DNA from: Auanema rhodensis
Taxonomy: Eukaryota; Animalia; Nematoda
DNA: 64,000 nucleotides
Assembly: GCA_964057225.1 (NCBI GenBank)
Contig: OZ059899.1
Coordinates: forward strand, 7,936,001 to 8,000,000
Reading direction: 5' to 3'
Part shown: positions 18,387 to 32,100 of the stretch, one piece after another
How positions within the stretch are numbered: position 1 is the first letter of the stretch
Layout: the number at the start of each line of letters is the position of its first letter
Notes under the pieces: generated by a model
Told to the model about the DNA's origin: nothing
What the model saw: the letters and a program-made list of their open reading frames with translations, nothing else
The model's database searches: none
Translations under genes and position numbers: made by a program

Positions 18387-21300
18387 ACAATTACGATTTT
18401 ACCCAAATTTCAAGTAATATCTGTTTATTATAATCAAAAAAATTAATTCGTGTTAATCACAAAAATGACATTCAATATTTTTTCTTTGCTTGTCACTCAT
18501 ATCAAATTTCAATCACTTATCACAATACATATCAAAAGCTTTCATCATGTGAATGACAGTATTAAATACGTGTATATAGATTTTGTTAAATTAAAAAAAT
18601 GAATCAAATAAATAGTATATAATTAATATTTTTTATTTATATAATAATAAATATAATCATTTCATTAGATTCAACTAAAGAAATAACATTTATGTTAATA
18701 TTATGGCTTCAATTTAACTTCAAGTGAAACAAATTAAAATGAATGTTTTGATAAAACTTGAAATATCGTTTCCATTAAAAGTTACAGGACATAAACATAC
18801 GAGTCCCTAAATGTGTATATTTCTAATTAAGTTGCTACATAATTCGGTATATTTAGTATTAATAAGCGTCAAAAACTTATGTTTGTTCATACTGACGTCA
18901 TTGTTAAAGGCGGCCGCCTAATTGCTAATTACCGTAATCTGGCCAACAGAATATATATTTTCTAAGTGGATTAGGATGATACATATGGTAAACAGACGTG
19001 AACATGATGAACATCTATGACATGAAGATTATCATCACATTTGATACTTTATATCCAATATAGCTATATAGCCAAGTTCAATTACTTGGAGAATTTGTAA
19101 GTGGTTCTGTATTTCTAAATTATAGGATATATTACTTCTATACTAATTAAATAATTAATATTAACTATGAATCATATGCTCTATAGCCCTCTTCCTTCCC
19201 ATAATACAACATTTTTAATCCAACATAACGATTTCGGTAGATAACTATAGAAAGCATCTTCTTAGTATCAATAATCCTTTTTTGGGTATCAGTTTTCGAC
19301 TTCCGCTTTAATACAAACTGTCGGTAAGCTGTTTGTAACGAATGTAAGAAGATCCCTCAAATGAGGAAAGGTGGGAAGTAAATGAATCCATCTGATGTAT
19401 TCTGCTGCTTTTCGTGGCCGCACTTACATACCTGACCCAAACTTTGTGAGGTCAATATGTGGCAACTGCTGTGTCGGATTGCCGGATGGACGACCGGCAA
19501 ATCCGGAAAATCAAAGAGAAGTTTTGTGGATGAATGACGTGTAGCAGAAGAATCAGACGAGAATTAGCGAATGAAGCAGAGATGATAACCAGAAACAGAG
19601 GAACAACGAATGACTCAAAGAGAAAAACCTAACTAATGTTGGATAAGAGATATATAAGAAAAGAAAAAAAAAAGAAAGAGAGATAATAAGTAATCGAATG
19701 ATAGGTATCTATTTATTTTTGAAAATGGATTTAGATAATCCAACAGACGTTTCAGCTCAAGATTATGTTGCTTGGATCAACTTATGAAACTATCTGACTT
19801 AACAACTGTGAATAGACTGTCATCACTAATTAAATAAAGTAAAAAAAGTGAAATATACTTTGCTAAGATCATCATTAGTCCCTTTCTAATGTATTCAATT
19901 AATTCAAATTTTTGTAAATCTTTATCAATATCAAGATTAATTTAAATTAAAAGATATATATCTAACAAACTTTTCAACGATAACCTTTTAACCCTTTTCA
20001 AACTTTTCTTATCTCCAGATAATTTGGAAGTCACCAGATATGACTCATGATCAATTGATGAAAAAAAAACAAAAGTTTCGTCGTTTCGCATTCTCATACA
20101 TGTTAACACAATATGAAAATAAAAGTATTATTCTTAGAAATCCGTAAAACATTTTGAAAATTCAATATTTTCAATGAAAATTGGGTGAATGAACTGAAAT
20201 GGTTTAATGTTGGTTTGATACGTTGATTGTTTTTTTTTAAATTTTTATTGAAATCAAATATATTCCATTAAATTTAACTATATGCATATGTTTCTGGATA
20301 AAGAGCAAATCTAGATTTAAAAATTGTAATAAAACAAATAAACGACTTCATGTATATTTGAATATTATTAAAATGCATGAAAATTGCTAAAAAAATTTTT
20401 TTTGATTAAAATGAAAATCCTTTTGAACCCTGGTTGTACATAGTTCAGTGTTTCATTTCTTCATCTTGTTATCATGAAGATTAGCCATCTTCATGTACCA
20501 TTTTCATTAGAATAGGATGTGGCTAAAGAAGGACTGGTTATCAGTAGCTGATATCTGGACGACCTTCAGTTTAAATGTTTCCAAACAGATTTTTCAACTG
20601 GCCACATCAAATTGCAATGACCTTTATAGCATTCATGTTCATATGTTCTGATTAGCTAATAGTTCTTTTATTTCAGATAAATGATTAAAAGAGAGACATC
20701 TTAACAGACACAAAAAAAAGTTTTGTTAATATTAGTAAGATAGGTTGGTTATTTATAGAAGCTGTATTGTTCTTTGATAACCCTTTCAGGGTGAAAGTTG
20801 TAAAGCTTCGAACACAAGAATGTGCTTGAGCTTAGCATCTTCTCCGTCAGGTCTCTTGTCAGTCAAAGAAACAGCTAGATAAAGATGCTGAAGAAGGCAC
20901 AGAAGTTGAGGAGATGTTTGTCTTCAAGCTTCTTTCCGTTCCTCGTTGTTGTCTTCTTCTTTTCGCCCGTCGTCGTCACTGAGGTAATCGTCGTCAACGC
21001 CGCCACGTTCCACCTGCAATTCCGTGTGTCTGACGATCTCATCGGATATAATTGCTCTAGCTGTAGATCCGCAGCTCAAGTCTTCATCTTCAGCTTCAGC
21101 CGGTTCTCTCGGCTTCATCTTTGTCTCACCCTCTCACGTATACTGAATTCTCATTTGCTTTTTATCTGTGAGTCCGCTTTTGTACAGTCTCTCATTCATT
21201 TTTCAACGCCGACTCGGTATATCCGGGGCTGTCGCTTAGCTCCACTAAAACAATACTATTTTTCTCATCAGTGTGCTGTTTTCTCCTCCAGCTAGTTCAT

Positions 21301-23084
21301 GTGAGGCTTCTCTACTTTCCTCTACCTCATCGTCTTTAAATCTGCTCACGCTTACCCCCTTAGCATGAAACTTTCTTCTTCACACTCGATATCGAATCAT
21401 TATCAGTCACTTATTTGAAACATTCGAATTTATTTTCCATCTTCTTTAGTTTTATCTATGAGAGTTGCATGTAGTCTTCTGAATCCTGTTGATGGAAGAC
21501 TTGAGCAACAACACATGATGTTAAGCAGTATCTCGATCATGATTACCACAAGCACAAATGACCTTTCTCAATATACTATCGATAATTGACCTTTTCAAAA
21601 TATTTTAAATTCAAACCTCAACTGAGCTACTTGGATTTTTGAAAATTTCTAATATACTATGTTGTTTTAAAGCCAGAATTTATTAACTATATTCAACTTA
21701 ATCTTTCAACATATTCTATTCACTATTATTTCTATTTCAAAATTTCAAACTTATTCATTATATTCCGCTAAACTTTTATTTATATGCAACTTTAATAATA
21801 TTTCACAAAAATCTTCATTTACTCAGTTTGACATAACTTCTTGTTATTCTCTAAAGTATATATGAGTATTAGAATGCTTTTCATTCACACGTGGTCAACA
21901 CATTGTACATCCCAGTGATCGCGATTGAACTTGAAGTTGGCGTTTAACGCTTTGCCACCCATTATCAAGTAATTACGTCATCTATTACATTTCTTTCACA
22001 AAAGTTCTACAAATTACAGCATCACTTGAACAAATTACACCAGCTAGCCGGGAGGGGAGACAGCTCGATCGTGGGAAATTACAAAAACCACCGATTGGGG
22101 AACTCCCCGTTCACCCTACCCCCAATAATACAATCAACATAACCCTACACCCCATCTGAACTGGTCAAACTGATCATTTCAAGGGGGGATTTCCCATCAG
22201 CTTTACAACATCGGCAAACCTTCGTTGTACACCAAATTGTGCATGGGTACATAGGTTGATAAACAATTACACCCCCTCCCCCTTTTCCTAATATAATGAT
22301 AAAAGTCCTTAGTTTTCATAACTCTTGGTCATCAAATGAGATGTCATAGATCGCTTGAAACTTGAAAAAGAGAATCAACTGAATGATTCAGATAAAATAT
22401 TCAATGATGATCATAATATACATGTACATTCATTTCTATACTCATTATTGTTTGATAATATTGATTAAAATATAAATATATCTATGTCTATATATATATT
22501 AATAAAATCAGTAAATCTATATTATAAATTATATATTTGATTCTTTTATCTTTTTAATTTCTTTTAATATCGAATTGTTACCGAATTTGTCTTTGAAAAT
22601 TCAAATATCTTTTGTTCGATCAATTTATTCGAAACAGCGGCTAGCTTGTTCAAATAGTCCTCCATTTCCAGACAGAGCATCTTCAAGTGTTTTCTGTGAC
22701 TCATAACGAATGATCATATGAATATTTTTAAGATTATGTTAACAATATCATATAATATTTTAAAAACATATAATATCCTTTTGTATAATTGATATTTTAA
22801 TCTGAAAAAAAGTAGAATATTCCTAACAATATACTCATATACGATATGACTGCCTGATTAAGTTACTACAATCTTCTTTATAGCCTGATGATGTTGATAT
22901 TGATGATGGTGGCCCCTTATGATTTTATATTCATTTTCACACTTATCATTATTAGACAATGACGAAAAAAAATGATAAGGATGATAATTTTGAAAGAGAA
23001 AAGGTTAATTTTGATAGATTGATGACTTCAGGGTAAGACATAAATGGCATCATCTAATACAAAAGGAGAAAGATAGAATATAGT

Positions 23085-23124
23085 GAGAAAGAGAGAGAGA
23101 AAGAGAGAGAAAGAGAAGGAGAGA
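23085..23124. repeat. Imperfect (GA)n microsatellite
   Basis: gagaaagagagagagaaagagagagaaagagaaggagaga. Confidence 0.7.
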
Positions 23125-26100
23125 TAGGGTAATGAACCTGTTAATGATAGCGGTCGTCTCGAGACACTTTCCTTTTTCTTTTTTCCACATTCAACAACAT
23201 GATTGATAATCTGACGTTATTCAATAGAACAATATTGAATAAATGCCAAGGTTAACACATATTTGGAACAAATAGACATGTGAGCTTGACAAATGAAAGT
23301 GTTTCAAGCTTTACAACAGTTTACTCGTTCTTTCGGTTTTTCAATGTTAATGTAAACTTAGAAAAAATAAGAATATCCTGCTATTAAGAGTTTATTTTCT
23401 ATTTTTAAATAATAGTTTATTATACTATTATGCTGTATTTTTATATATAAAAATCGTTTTTTTTTGTACACAATGAACGAACTAATCCATGGTTAGTTAA
23501 TCAAAAAAAATTTCATTCTCAATTAACCCAAACATTTCATTTTATAATGAAAAACAAAACAAAAAAAACTTTAAATTTCTTCATCAACAGTTAACATACC
23601 TTCTAAGTTCATTGTCAAGTATAACAGAGAGAAAACGGACTACTCTTCTTCATCATTTGAAATTCATTTGATTCTTTGAATGTTTGTTACATGCCAATCA
23701 GGTTCTCTTTTTTTTTCATTCAACATGTGCTACTTGTAGTTTTTTTTGTTGATAAAAATACTGACATTTTCTAATATTGAACAGACTGAGTTTGGGCGAG
23801 TTGTTGATCAATATCTGATATATTATGTTTGGATGTAAATGATTATCTGGAAATCCTAAACTATGTACTGTTTTTCATATATTTACTAATTTATTTCAAA
23901 TATGTTATTTGATTATCTTTTTATGAAAATTATTTTGAAATGTTTTTGTTTCTATTTGAAGCTAACATGGTAAGAAGAATTAAATGTTAGTCGAATAGAA
24001 ATTATGATTTATGTCTATGGAAGGAAAGATTGTATTGAGACGTGAAAAGCATAAATAGATAGCTATTGACTACAGTTGGTGATATCTCTAAAACATTCAG
24101 ATTCTGTCTGTCTGCAACTGTTTTCTCCTCATCTTATGATTTACGGTTTCTTATCGTCTGCTATGGTAGCATTGCTGTTCATAAACCTTATATCTTCTAT
24201 CTCTATCTATTTCTAACACTACTATCCCTTTCTCTGCAAAGCAATGTGAGAATAACGAAAGTGCTGTTAGTACTCACAGCTAGAGCAACAGTTGGCTTTT
24301 GTATTCATAATCGAAGATATTCATTGTCATCAATTTCATAACTCGAACATACATCTTACTAAATTGCCAACCATTTGGCTATTAAACCAACAGCTGATCG
24401 AACTTATATGTCAATGAATTCGATGAAAAATGATTCTTCAAATGGGCAATTTTCAATTGTCTGCAAACTACTTCTCATCTAAATCATATTTTTTGAAATA
24501 TTTCAAAGTTAAATGTTTGATCGTTTAGTTCATCTCCAGTTTCAACATCTTCAGATAACAATATACTGTATATCTCTTTCCCATGCTTTAAGATTGAAAA
24601 TGCAAGACTGTAGAGGCTATCGGGATAATTTGACCCCTTCTTTTCCTTCTTTTGAAATCTTTAAGTTGTTCTTTACCAGATAAGATTTAGAAGATTAAAG
24701 CATTTTGGTTGAATTCATTACAGTATCTGGTTAGATTAATTGTTTCTTTTCTCATAATATTATCCTTTCAAATAGCTGATTGTAGTGCTTGATAACATTC
24801 ATAGTTTCTCCTTTCCCAGCCTTTTATTTCAACAGAAAAAGACTTTAATGTAAAAAGACTGAAGTTTATTTACATTTTTGTTGATTATTTACATTTAAAT
24901 ATATTTGGAATAAAAAGAAATAAAGATATTTATAAAAATATCTCATGAGGTGTTACTTACTGATGTCCCTTTACAACATATTGACCCCCGACTGCTCTTT
25001 TCTTAAGAACAGGACACTGTCCTGTATTTCAAATTAATTTCTACTTTACTGCCCTTTAAATGAAAATTTCATTAATAAAACATATCTCAAGATAGATTTC
25101 ATTTTTGAAATTTCATTTTAATGAAATTGATATAAGTAATTGATAATCTAAATTGGAATATACATATATCATGCTAATGAAAACTTGGTCAAAAGCATTT
25201 AATGCTCTTTGTCTATCTTTAACACGTGGCCATAACTTTGGAATTCGGATGCACTTCTCCGTTCTAGCTCTTAATTTTTTTTTGTATTTTAACGTGAAGA
25301 ACGGTTGAATATCTCTTTTACTTCCATTTTTCTTTTCTTCTTTTCTCCGTACACCTTTCTTCGTCTCTTTCCCTCTCTCTGTCGTTCTCGTTTCCGTTTT
25401 TTTGAACAACTTTGATATCTCTTTCACACTCTCCACCCCCTTCCCTCTCTATCTTTTATTGTTAGCTTATAACCTCATCTGTATAGCCGCTCCCTCTCTA
25501 TTAATGCAATATATTTCCTATTTCTTTCTTGTACTCTCCCTCCTTTCCATCTCATCTGGATGTCGTTATCCAACTTCTTTCTCCATATGCACATATGGTC
25601 TTTCTTCTATAGTTCTACTGCCGTGGGGTGTTATTCTATGTATTTCTTCATCTTCGAATCTCTTATTTCATTAGACTCAATAACTCTATCTACCTCTTCA
25701 AGAAGTGTGCAAAAAACGATGAGACAAAAGACAAGCTAAAACATAGTCAAATGTGAGGAGATAGATAGATAGACTTAGAGAGAGAGGGAGGAGGGAGGAG
25801 GTGTGAGAAAGGGAAAGGCGAGCAATACAATAATGAGGAGAGAAGATAAGAAAGATAAAATGTTTCAAGTCCACGAATATATATATATAAAAGCGGTATA
25901 ATATAAGAAAAAGCATTCGAGTGAGAGATTCTGATTTTCAGACAGATATAAGGGTAGACGCAAGGAATTACGAGGGATAATTCTAAAAAGCAAGAATACG
26001 GTATATAACATTCTTTGAAACAAAAAAGAAGCAGAGTTGTATGTGTGTGTGTGTGTTTCTTTCGATTATGTCAATGTTCCAGCTGCTCAATTGTGATATG

Positions 26101-29100
26101 ACAAATCTCATCCATTCTGCTTAGGTAGACTCGTAACTCTCAGAGTGTTATTATCTAAATGTGTTATATCTCTGGCATTTTATCCTCTACACTTCTTTAT
26201 CCACCCCCACCTCATTTAACTTTGATTTACTGCAAAACAAGCACTTTAACAAAAAGAAAAAAAACGTTTTTTTTATTATTAAAAAATCTGAAAGCAATCT
26301 GTGTATATCATACATAATACATAGTTGTCTATAAGTTCAATCACGTTTCATTTTTCATTGACATTTATACTCTACGTTCATCTATATGTATGTATAATTT
26401 CAAGATTGACAACCCCCCCCCCCCCTCTTTCTCCCTTCACCAACTATTCTGTCATCATCATCTTAGTACAATTGTACTATACTAAACATATCATCAATAC
26501 ATAAATAATTACTATCATTTAAGTTTAATTACTTTCTATCCAATTAGCTTTTTTTCAACAAATAGACTTGTTGTTGTAATTGTATGCCAAATAAAGCTTA
26601 AGATCATTAAACAACAACTTCAAATATCGTATAAATCGAAATGAAAGCTTAGAAAAAAAAACATTTAGGATCTCTGAACGCTAGACAAACCATTTCTTCT
26701 TTTTCATCACTCCCTAGATGAAAAAAGCTGCTAAATGTGCTTTCTAAAGTTTTCATTGATCTTGGATTTTTCGTTGAAACGCGTCTGATCAAGCTGATAT
26801 ACGCATGTCCTCTCATGTCACATCTAGTTTGCCACTCGTATCATGATTCCTGCTTGTAGTTGTCAGTGCAACAACGACGACGACGACGAAGACGATGATA
26901 GCGATAATTATACTTACGAAGAAGATGATGCTGTCAACCTGAAAGAGGACATAGAGGGCAAAGATAGCAAACGCCGTCATCGTCATCTTCGTCATCATGA
27001 TCATCAGCGTGATCAGCCAAGGATGTGCACGCTTCTGGGACCCATAATTCGCCGTTTCATTTCTTCTCATCTAATCATTCAGAAATTGTCATTACCATCA
27101 TCATTAGGCTCTTTTGCTATCTGACGGTCTTTTCTTGGAAATCAATTTGCCGACGTTTTTCTATCTATAAAACCACACATCGTTTCACTTACTGTCGGTC
27201 CCACTTCATCTGTCTTTCCAGCTTTGACGTGTGGGATGAATGAATGGTAGGAACCACATAGCAAGTGTGAAATATATGCACTAAACCTCGTAAAATCAAA
27301 ATATCAAAGAGATGAACTAATAACACCAAAAACTTTAAAGCATTTTTAAGAAATTAGCATATTTACAAATAGAAAATGGTATGAATTGTTGATGTAAGAG
27401 ATAGGGTTATATATGACATAAGAACATTTCACGTGATTAGCCTTATTTCAAAAACATTTTTGTAGCAACCTGTCTGCCATTATTATCTTTCATATACTTT
27501 ATGCCATATATATGTAAGATAAGATAACTATATGTATTCTCAATATTTTTTTCATTTTCATTTGTTATCAAACTTTTGCCATTCATATTGAAACATTCTC
27601 CTGGACACGAGCATAAAAGCTATACAGATGGAAATCGCAAGATTAACGAGGTCAGCTGAATGCCTCATACTATCTTGACTTTGAACATGTGTTGTCATTT
27701 AGAGACAGAAACAATTCCGCAACATCGACGAGGAATGAGAATGAGACACAGTTCTTTAAAGCTTGAATACTGATTCTCATTTTCAAACTCTGAATCACTA
27801 ATTGATCTAAGATAGTATTCCTAAACATCGAAAAACAAAAAACAAAAAGAATTAGCTCAGCAAGAACATGCTCTACCATTAAGTATTCTGATAGTTTCTT
27901 GCCAACTATGACAGTGACATCTTCAATCCCCCTTTCTCTTCCCCTCTCCCCAATTGACAAACCTCTTCTAATTCCCCCTCACCTCCAATCATCCGCTGTC
28001 TTGTTAGAGCTTCTGCTGCTCGTCTTCGGCTGTTGTGCCTATCAGTGCCCGTATCGGATGAACAGCCGTGTGTATGTGTCTACGAGAGTAGTCAGAAGAG
28101 AGATGGAAAGCCAGAGAAGTATTGCTTATCCTCTTCCCTCCTATCGTGTCCTGTTCATCTTCCCTCTGTGGTCTTTCGGATTTTCTCTTTAGCTTTAACC
28201 ATTTCCCTCCTTCTATTTCGTTTCTGTTCTTTCCTCTTATTTTCAACGAGCGTTTCACTCTTTGTTCCAGTTTGAACATAAAGTTCTAGATATAGATACT
28301 TAATGAATAATATTTTCCAACCTCATCAGAACCCTGTATAATTGCGGATTTAACTTAAAGCTCCGATAACCCATCTTTGTTTCAAAACTACAAGATATCA
28401 GACAAGCCAATTGTTCAGCAGAATAAACCGTTGTTTAGTTTCTTTTAGTTTGGCCGGCCTCATAAATTCAATGTTCGTTGGTCCTGTCTTTTTCCCCGGT
28501 GCGCGAGATCGTACCGCATAGGCATTTCGGACATGTCTTACGTCGTAACAGTGAATTTGAATTATAGAAGCCAGCTGTTAGCTATGTAGTAGCTTCACGC
28601 CGTTCCGAAGTTGGCTAAATTCGCGACAACGCTTCGTACTTCAACTGACCGACAGACAACCAATACTGAGAAGCCGGTTGTTGTTAGTAGACCTGCCGGC
28701 TGTCAGCCGGAATGTCTTTGACACAGCTCGTTGACCGAATTGATTTAGTGTTGCGGTCAAATGTGATTGCCGTGAAAGTAAGGCAAATTGGTAGAAGATT
28801 ACCAATGAATAAGTTCCTCATTTAATGGAAATAAATGAACTGTCAGTCTTGTCCTGTTAGGGCGTAGAAAACAAAGTAATGCCGACTATTAGCATAGCTG
28901 TGTACGAAAGAAGTCGAAGGCTTTCAGTGGAATTCGAGCGCTCAAGTTACGCAAGTAAAAGCTATCTAATTCCAAAAAGGTCAAAAAGTAAATATGATGA
29001 CATCTGTTTTCATGTATTTGCTATGAACGACCATAGGAATTCTGACTTTCTATTCTGAAGGCTTAGGCATCTGGGAGAGCAACTGTTCATATTTTCTAAG

Positions 29101-32100
29101 TCAAGACTCACTGAAGAAAGCACACAGACTATCAAAGCAAGGAATAGCCGACCTCTGACGTGCCAATGATCTGCAAGAAGCAGGCGCTGTAGGTTGGCTG
29201 CTGGAAGAAGAGAAACATACTTCTTCGACAGACAGACGACTGATCGTTTGCTCGTTTGCAAGGTTTTAACCGAAAGCAGGTTTGGCCTATGCCTCAGGGC
29301 AAGTAGCACACATGACGGTACCTGCTGTTAATTTGTTTCCAAATGAATTTATAGTTCTGTATTGATTTGAAACAGCATCGTCTCGACATCACAAGCATTG
29401 CGAAGAATACAAACTGCATTGGAACATTTACATCAACATTCATTGGATTACAGTACTGTGGAGGTTCGAAGAACGAGGATTAAGAAAGGAATACAATCTG
29501 TATTGATTCAATAGAAACATAAATATGATCTTTTAACGAAAATTTCACACAACAAATAACTTGCTCTTAAACAACTTTTGATTATTTTATCAAAGTTTTA
29601 TACTTAAACTTGAGTTTCAGGTGATAGACTTTTATTGTTGTCAAGTTTTATGTTGGCTTTCATGATTCAGAGAAGATATATCAAACATGCCGATAATCAT
29701 AAAATGTCTGGTCATCTTCTCTTCATAAAATAAACTTCTTTTGCTTTTGGCTATTGCTTATTCCAGGTTCAAAACACAGTCTTGATGCCGTCTGCTCATA
29801 TACGACCATAGCTATACTTATGGCAATGCAACTTGCATGCTTTCTGTTCATCAGGCATTATTCTCAATTTTTGACAAAAAAATGTTAATTTCTTCTTTAA
29901 AATGTCTTTGTTGTTTTGATTTTAGTTGCATACTTAACGATATCTTAGTCCTAAATAAGAATGCCTCAGGGAGTCAGTTGCTCTGTTTCTTGGATGGATG
30001 AAGCATATCTCCCGTCGTGGTTTGCTCTCAGTCATCCAAGCAGATTAACTAGTGGAGAAACTCTCTAACAGTTGAAAGCTTCTGGTTCTACTTCATCTCT
30101 GCTAGACCTGCTATATCGTGTGGCAATTTTCCTTTTACTCTCTATAGATCTCTCTTTACATAACAGTATCTCTGACTCTTCTATGATTATCACTGTCTTG
30201 ATGACAGCGAAAAGGGAGGAGAAAAAGAAGAAGGAAGCAAGGAAGAGTTGGATAAAAGCTTAGGTGGCTGCTGATTGATGTATTCTAACTACGCGCCTGT
30301 TCTGTTGAACTGATCCATTCTCTGCCCACGTTCTCACCATGATCTATACTATCTCATTTGTGTCCATTCTAAAGGAGCAGCTGTTCTCTCTTTCCTTCCT
30401 TTCAACTCTATGGTCCCTTTTCTTTCTCTTTTTCTCTTACAATCTCTGTCCTGCTCTCTTTACCTCTCTACCTCTCCGTCACCCTTCCGTACTCTCGTTT
30501 TCTCTCTCTTGAACTCAATGACTCTATCTCTCACCTTTTCTCAATCTGTATTTCTGTGGACTCCTAGAAGCCCAAGGACTTGCCCGTTTTCCTGGTTTTA
30601 CCCAATGCTTCTAAACTTCGTCATCGAGCTCTTTCTCGTTTCATCTCTCTATTCTTTTACCAGTCTTTCCTTTTCATTTGTCCTCATCACCTACTCATCA
30701 ACTCAACCCACTACCAAGAATCTAAAACGTTGTTTCACTCACAGGTAACCACCATATGAACTGAGCGGTTCATATTCCTTCGCTGTTTAATGAACCCATG
30801 TTTAGCTTATTTTATGCGATTCGAACAAATTTGATATATTCATCGACAATGATACTTTTCCTTGTAACTTTTTTAATTCGAAATATTCTGAACCTATTAT
30901 TATAATGTCAATATATAGTAGACGAGGATCAAAGTATTACTTCTGCATCTTATTCTCTTTCTCATTTTCTACATGTTTTCATTATTTCTCTAACTATTTA
31001 TAGTACATAACTCGTTATTTTCAGCCTGTTTTCAAGGATCGTCGGTTGTTCTCTTCTCTCATTCTCTTCGCTATTACAGTACCACATCAATCTCAATCTG
31101 CCGTTGTTCTACTCTCGTCCTTCCAGCTGACTGGCTCTTCTTCTGGTTCTGATTTGGAGCTTACTTCCAACTATCATCTACACATGGCCACGCTCAGTTT
31201 TCAATTCTTGTTTTATATTGTTATTACCAGTCATAAGTATGATTAGTGCTTCTGACTGTAGTCACCGTATCTCCTATATCGTTTACGTGTTCTCAAAACA
31301 TTTCTTTCCTCAGCGCATCGTCCGACTAAACGTCATTCCGAACATCATCATTCTCATAGAAGTCGGCTTCTTTACCATCGTCAACTATCTAGCCTATGCT
31401 GCTTCTCTCACTTTTTCTCCTCAATTCAATTTTTTTCTTTGAGTCAATCAGATGATGACGATGATGATTTAGCTTTTATAATGACGGCGTTGTTGGTAAT
31501 TCGCAATGGATTCTTATCACCATTACCATCAGACAACATACGCCTCCATCAAGCCATTCATTCACATCCAGCTCTTCATTGATTCGTATTTCATATAGTT
31601 TCTCCTTTTTTTTGAAAATTATTTAAGTTAACTAATGTTCAAAAACCAATTTCTTATTTTTAAAGTTTATTCCTTTAGTACTTATTAATCATGCAACCTC
31701 TCTATGTTTCGGACGATTTCATCAACAGAAACCAAAAACTGTCCAACATTGAACATATATCATCGTCAAACCAACTTTTTATTTTTTTTATTTACAGATG
31801 CTTTCAAACATCACAACAGCTCAATCTTCTTCAAAACTTTTAACATTGAGCCGTTAAGTAGCAATGTTTCCTTATGATGCCCAGTTCGTTCGCTTACAAT
31901 ATTACAATGTCCTCCAAGGCGCAAAAATTGTAAAACAAACCTCCCTGATGGGTGTGACATGGAAACACACAAAGAGAGATAGAATGATAAACGAAGAGAT
32001 AGTCAAAAAGCTTTATCATATGTGCTCTTTTTAATTTGTTTTCCTATTCATGTATTTTCTTGCTCCAGAGCAACATATCTCATAGTATTTAAGCATGTTG

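Noticed and set aside
20885-21295. Overlapping ORFs on both strands, including an acidic 64-aa minus ORF
   Set aside because: Driven by GTC/TTC low-complexity runs; no splice-linked continuation or known motif.
21307-21330. let-7-family seed TGAGGTAG on the minus strand
   Set aside because: No complementary arm, so no pre-miRNA hairpin.
26103-26160. AAATCTCATCC resembling the miR-259 5' end
   Set aside because: The downstream sequence pairs with only about 7 nt; the seed region is unpaired.
26813-27243. Cluster of ORFs with poly-Asp/His
   Set aside because: Explained by (GAC)/(CAT) trinucleotide low complexity; no convincing splice sites or homology.
29059-29068. AGGCTTAGGC, whose minus strand could be a telomerase template for TTAGGC
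   Set aside because: A single 10-mer is expected by chance; no pseudoknot, H/ACA domain or host intron is evident, and there is no telomeric array.
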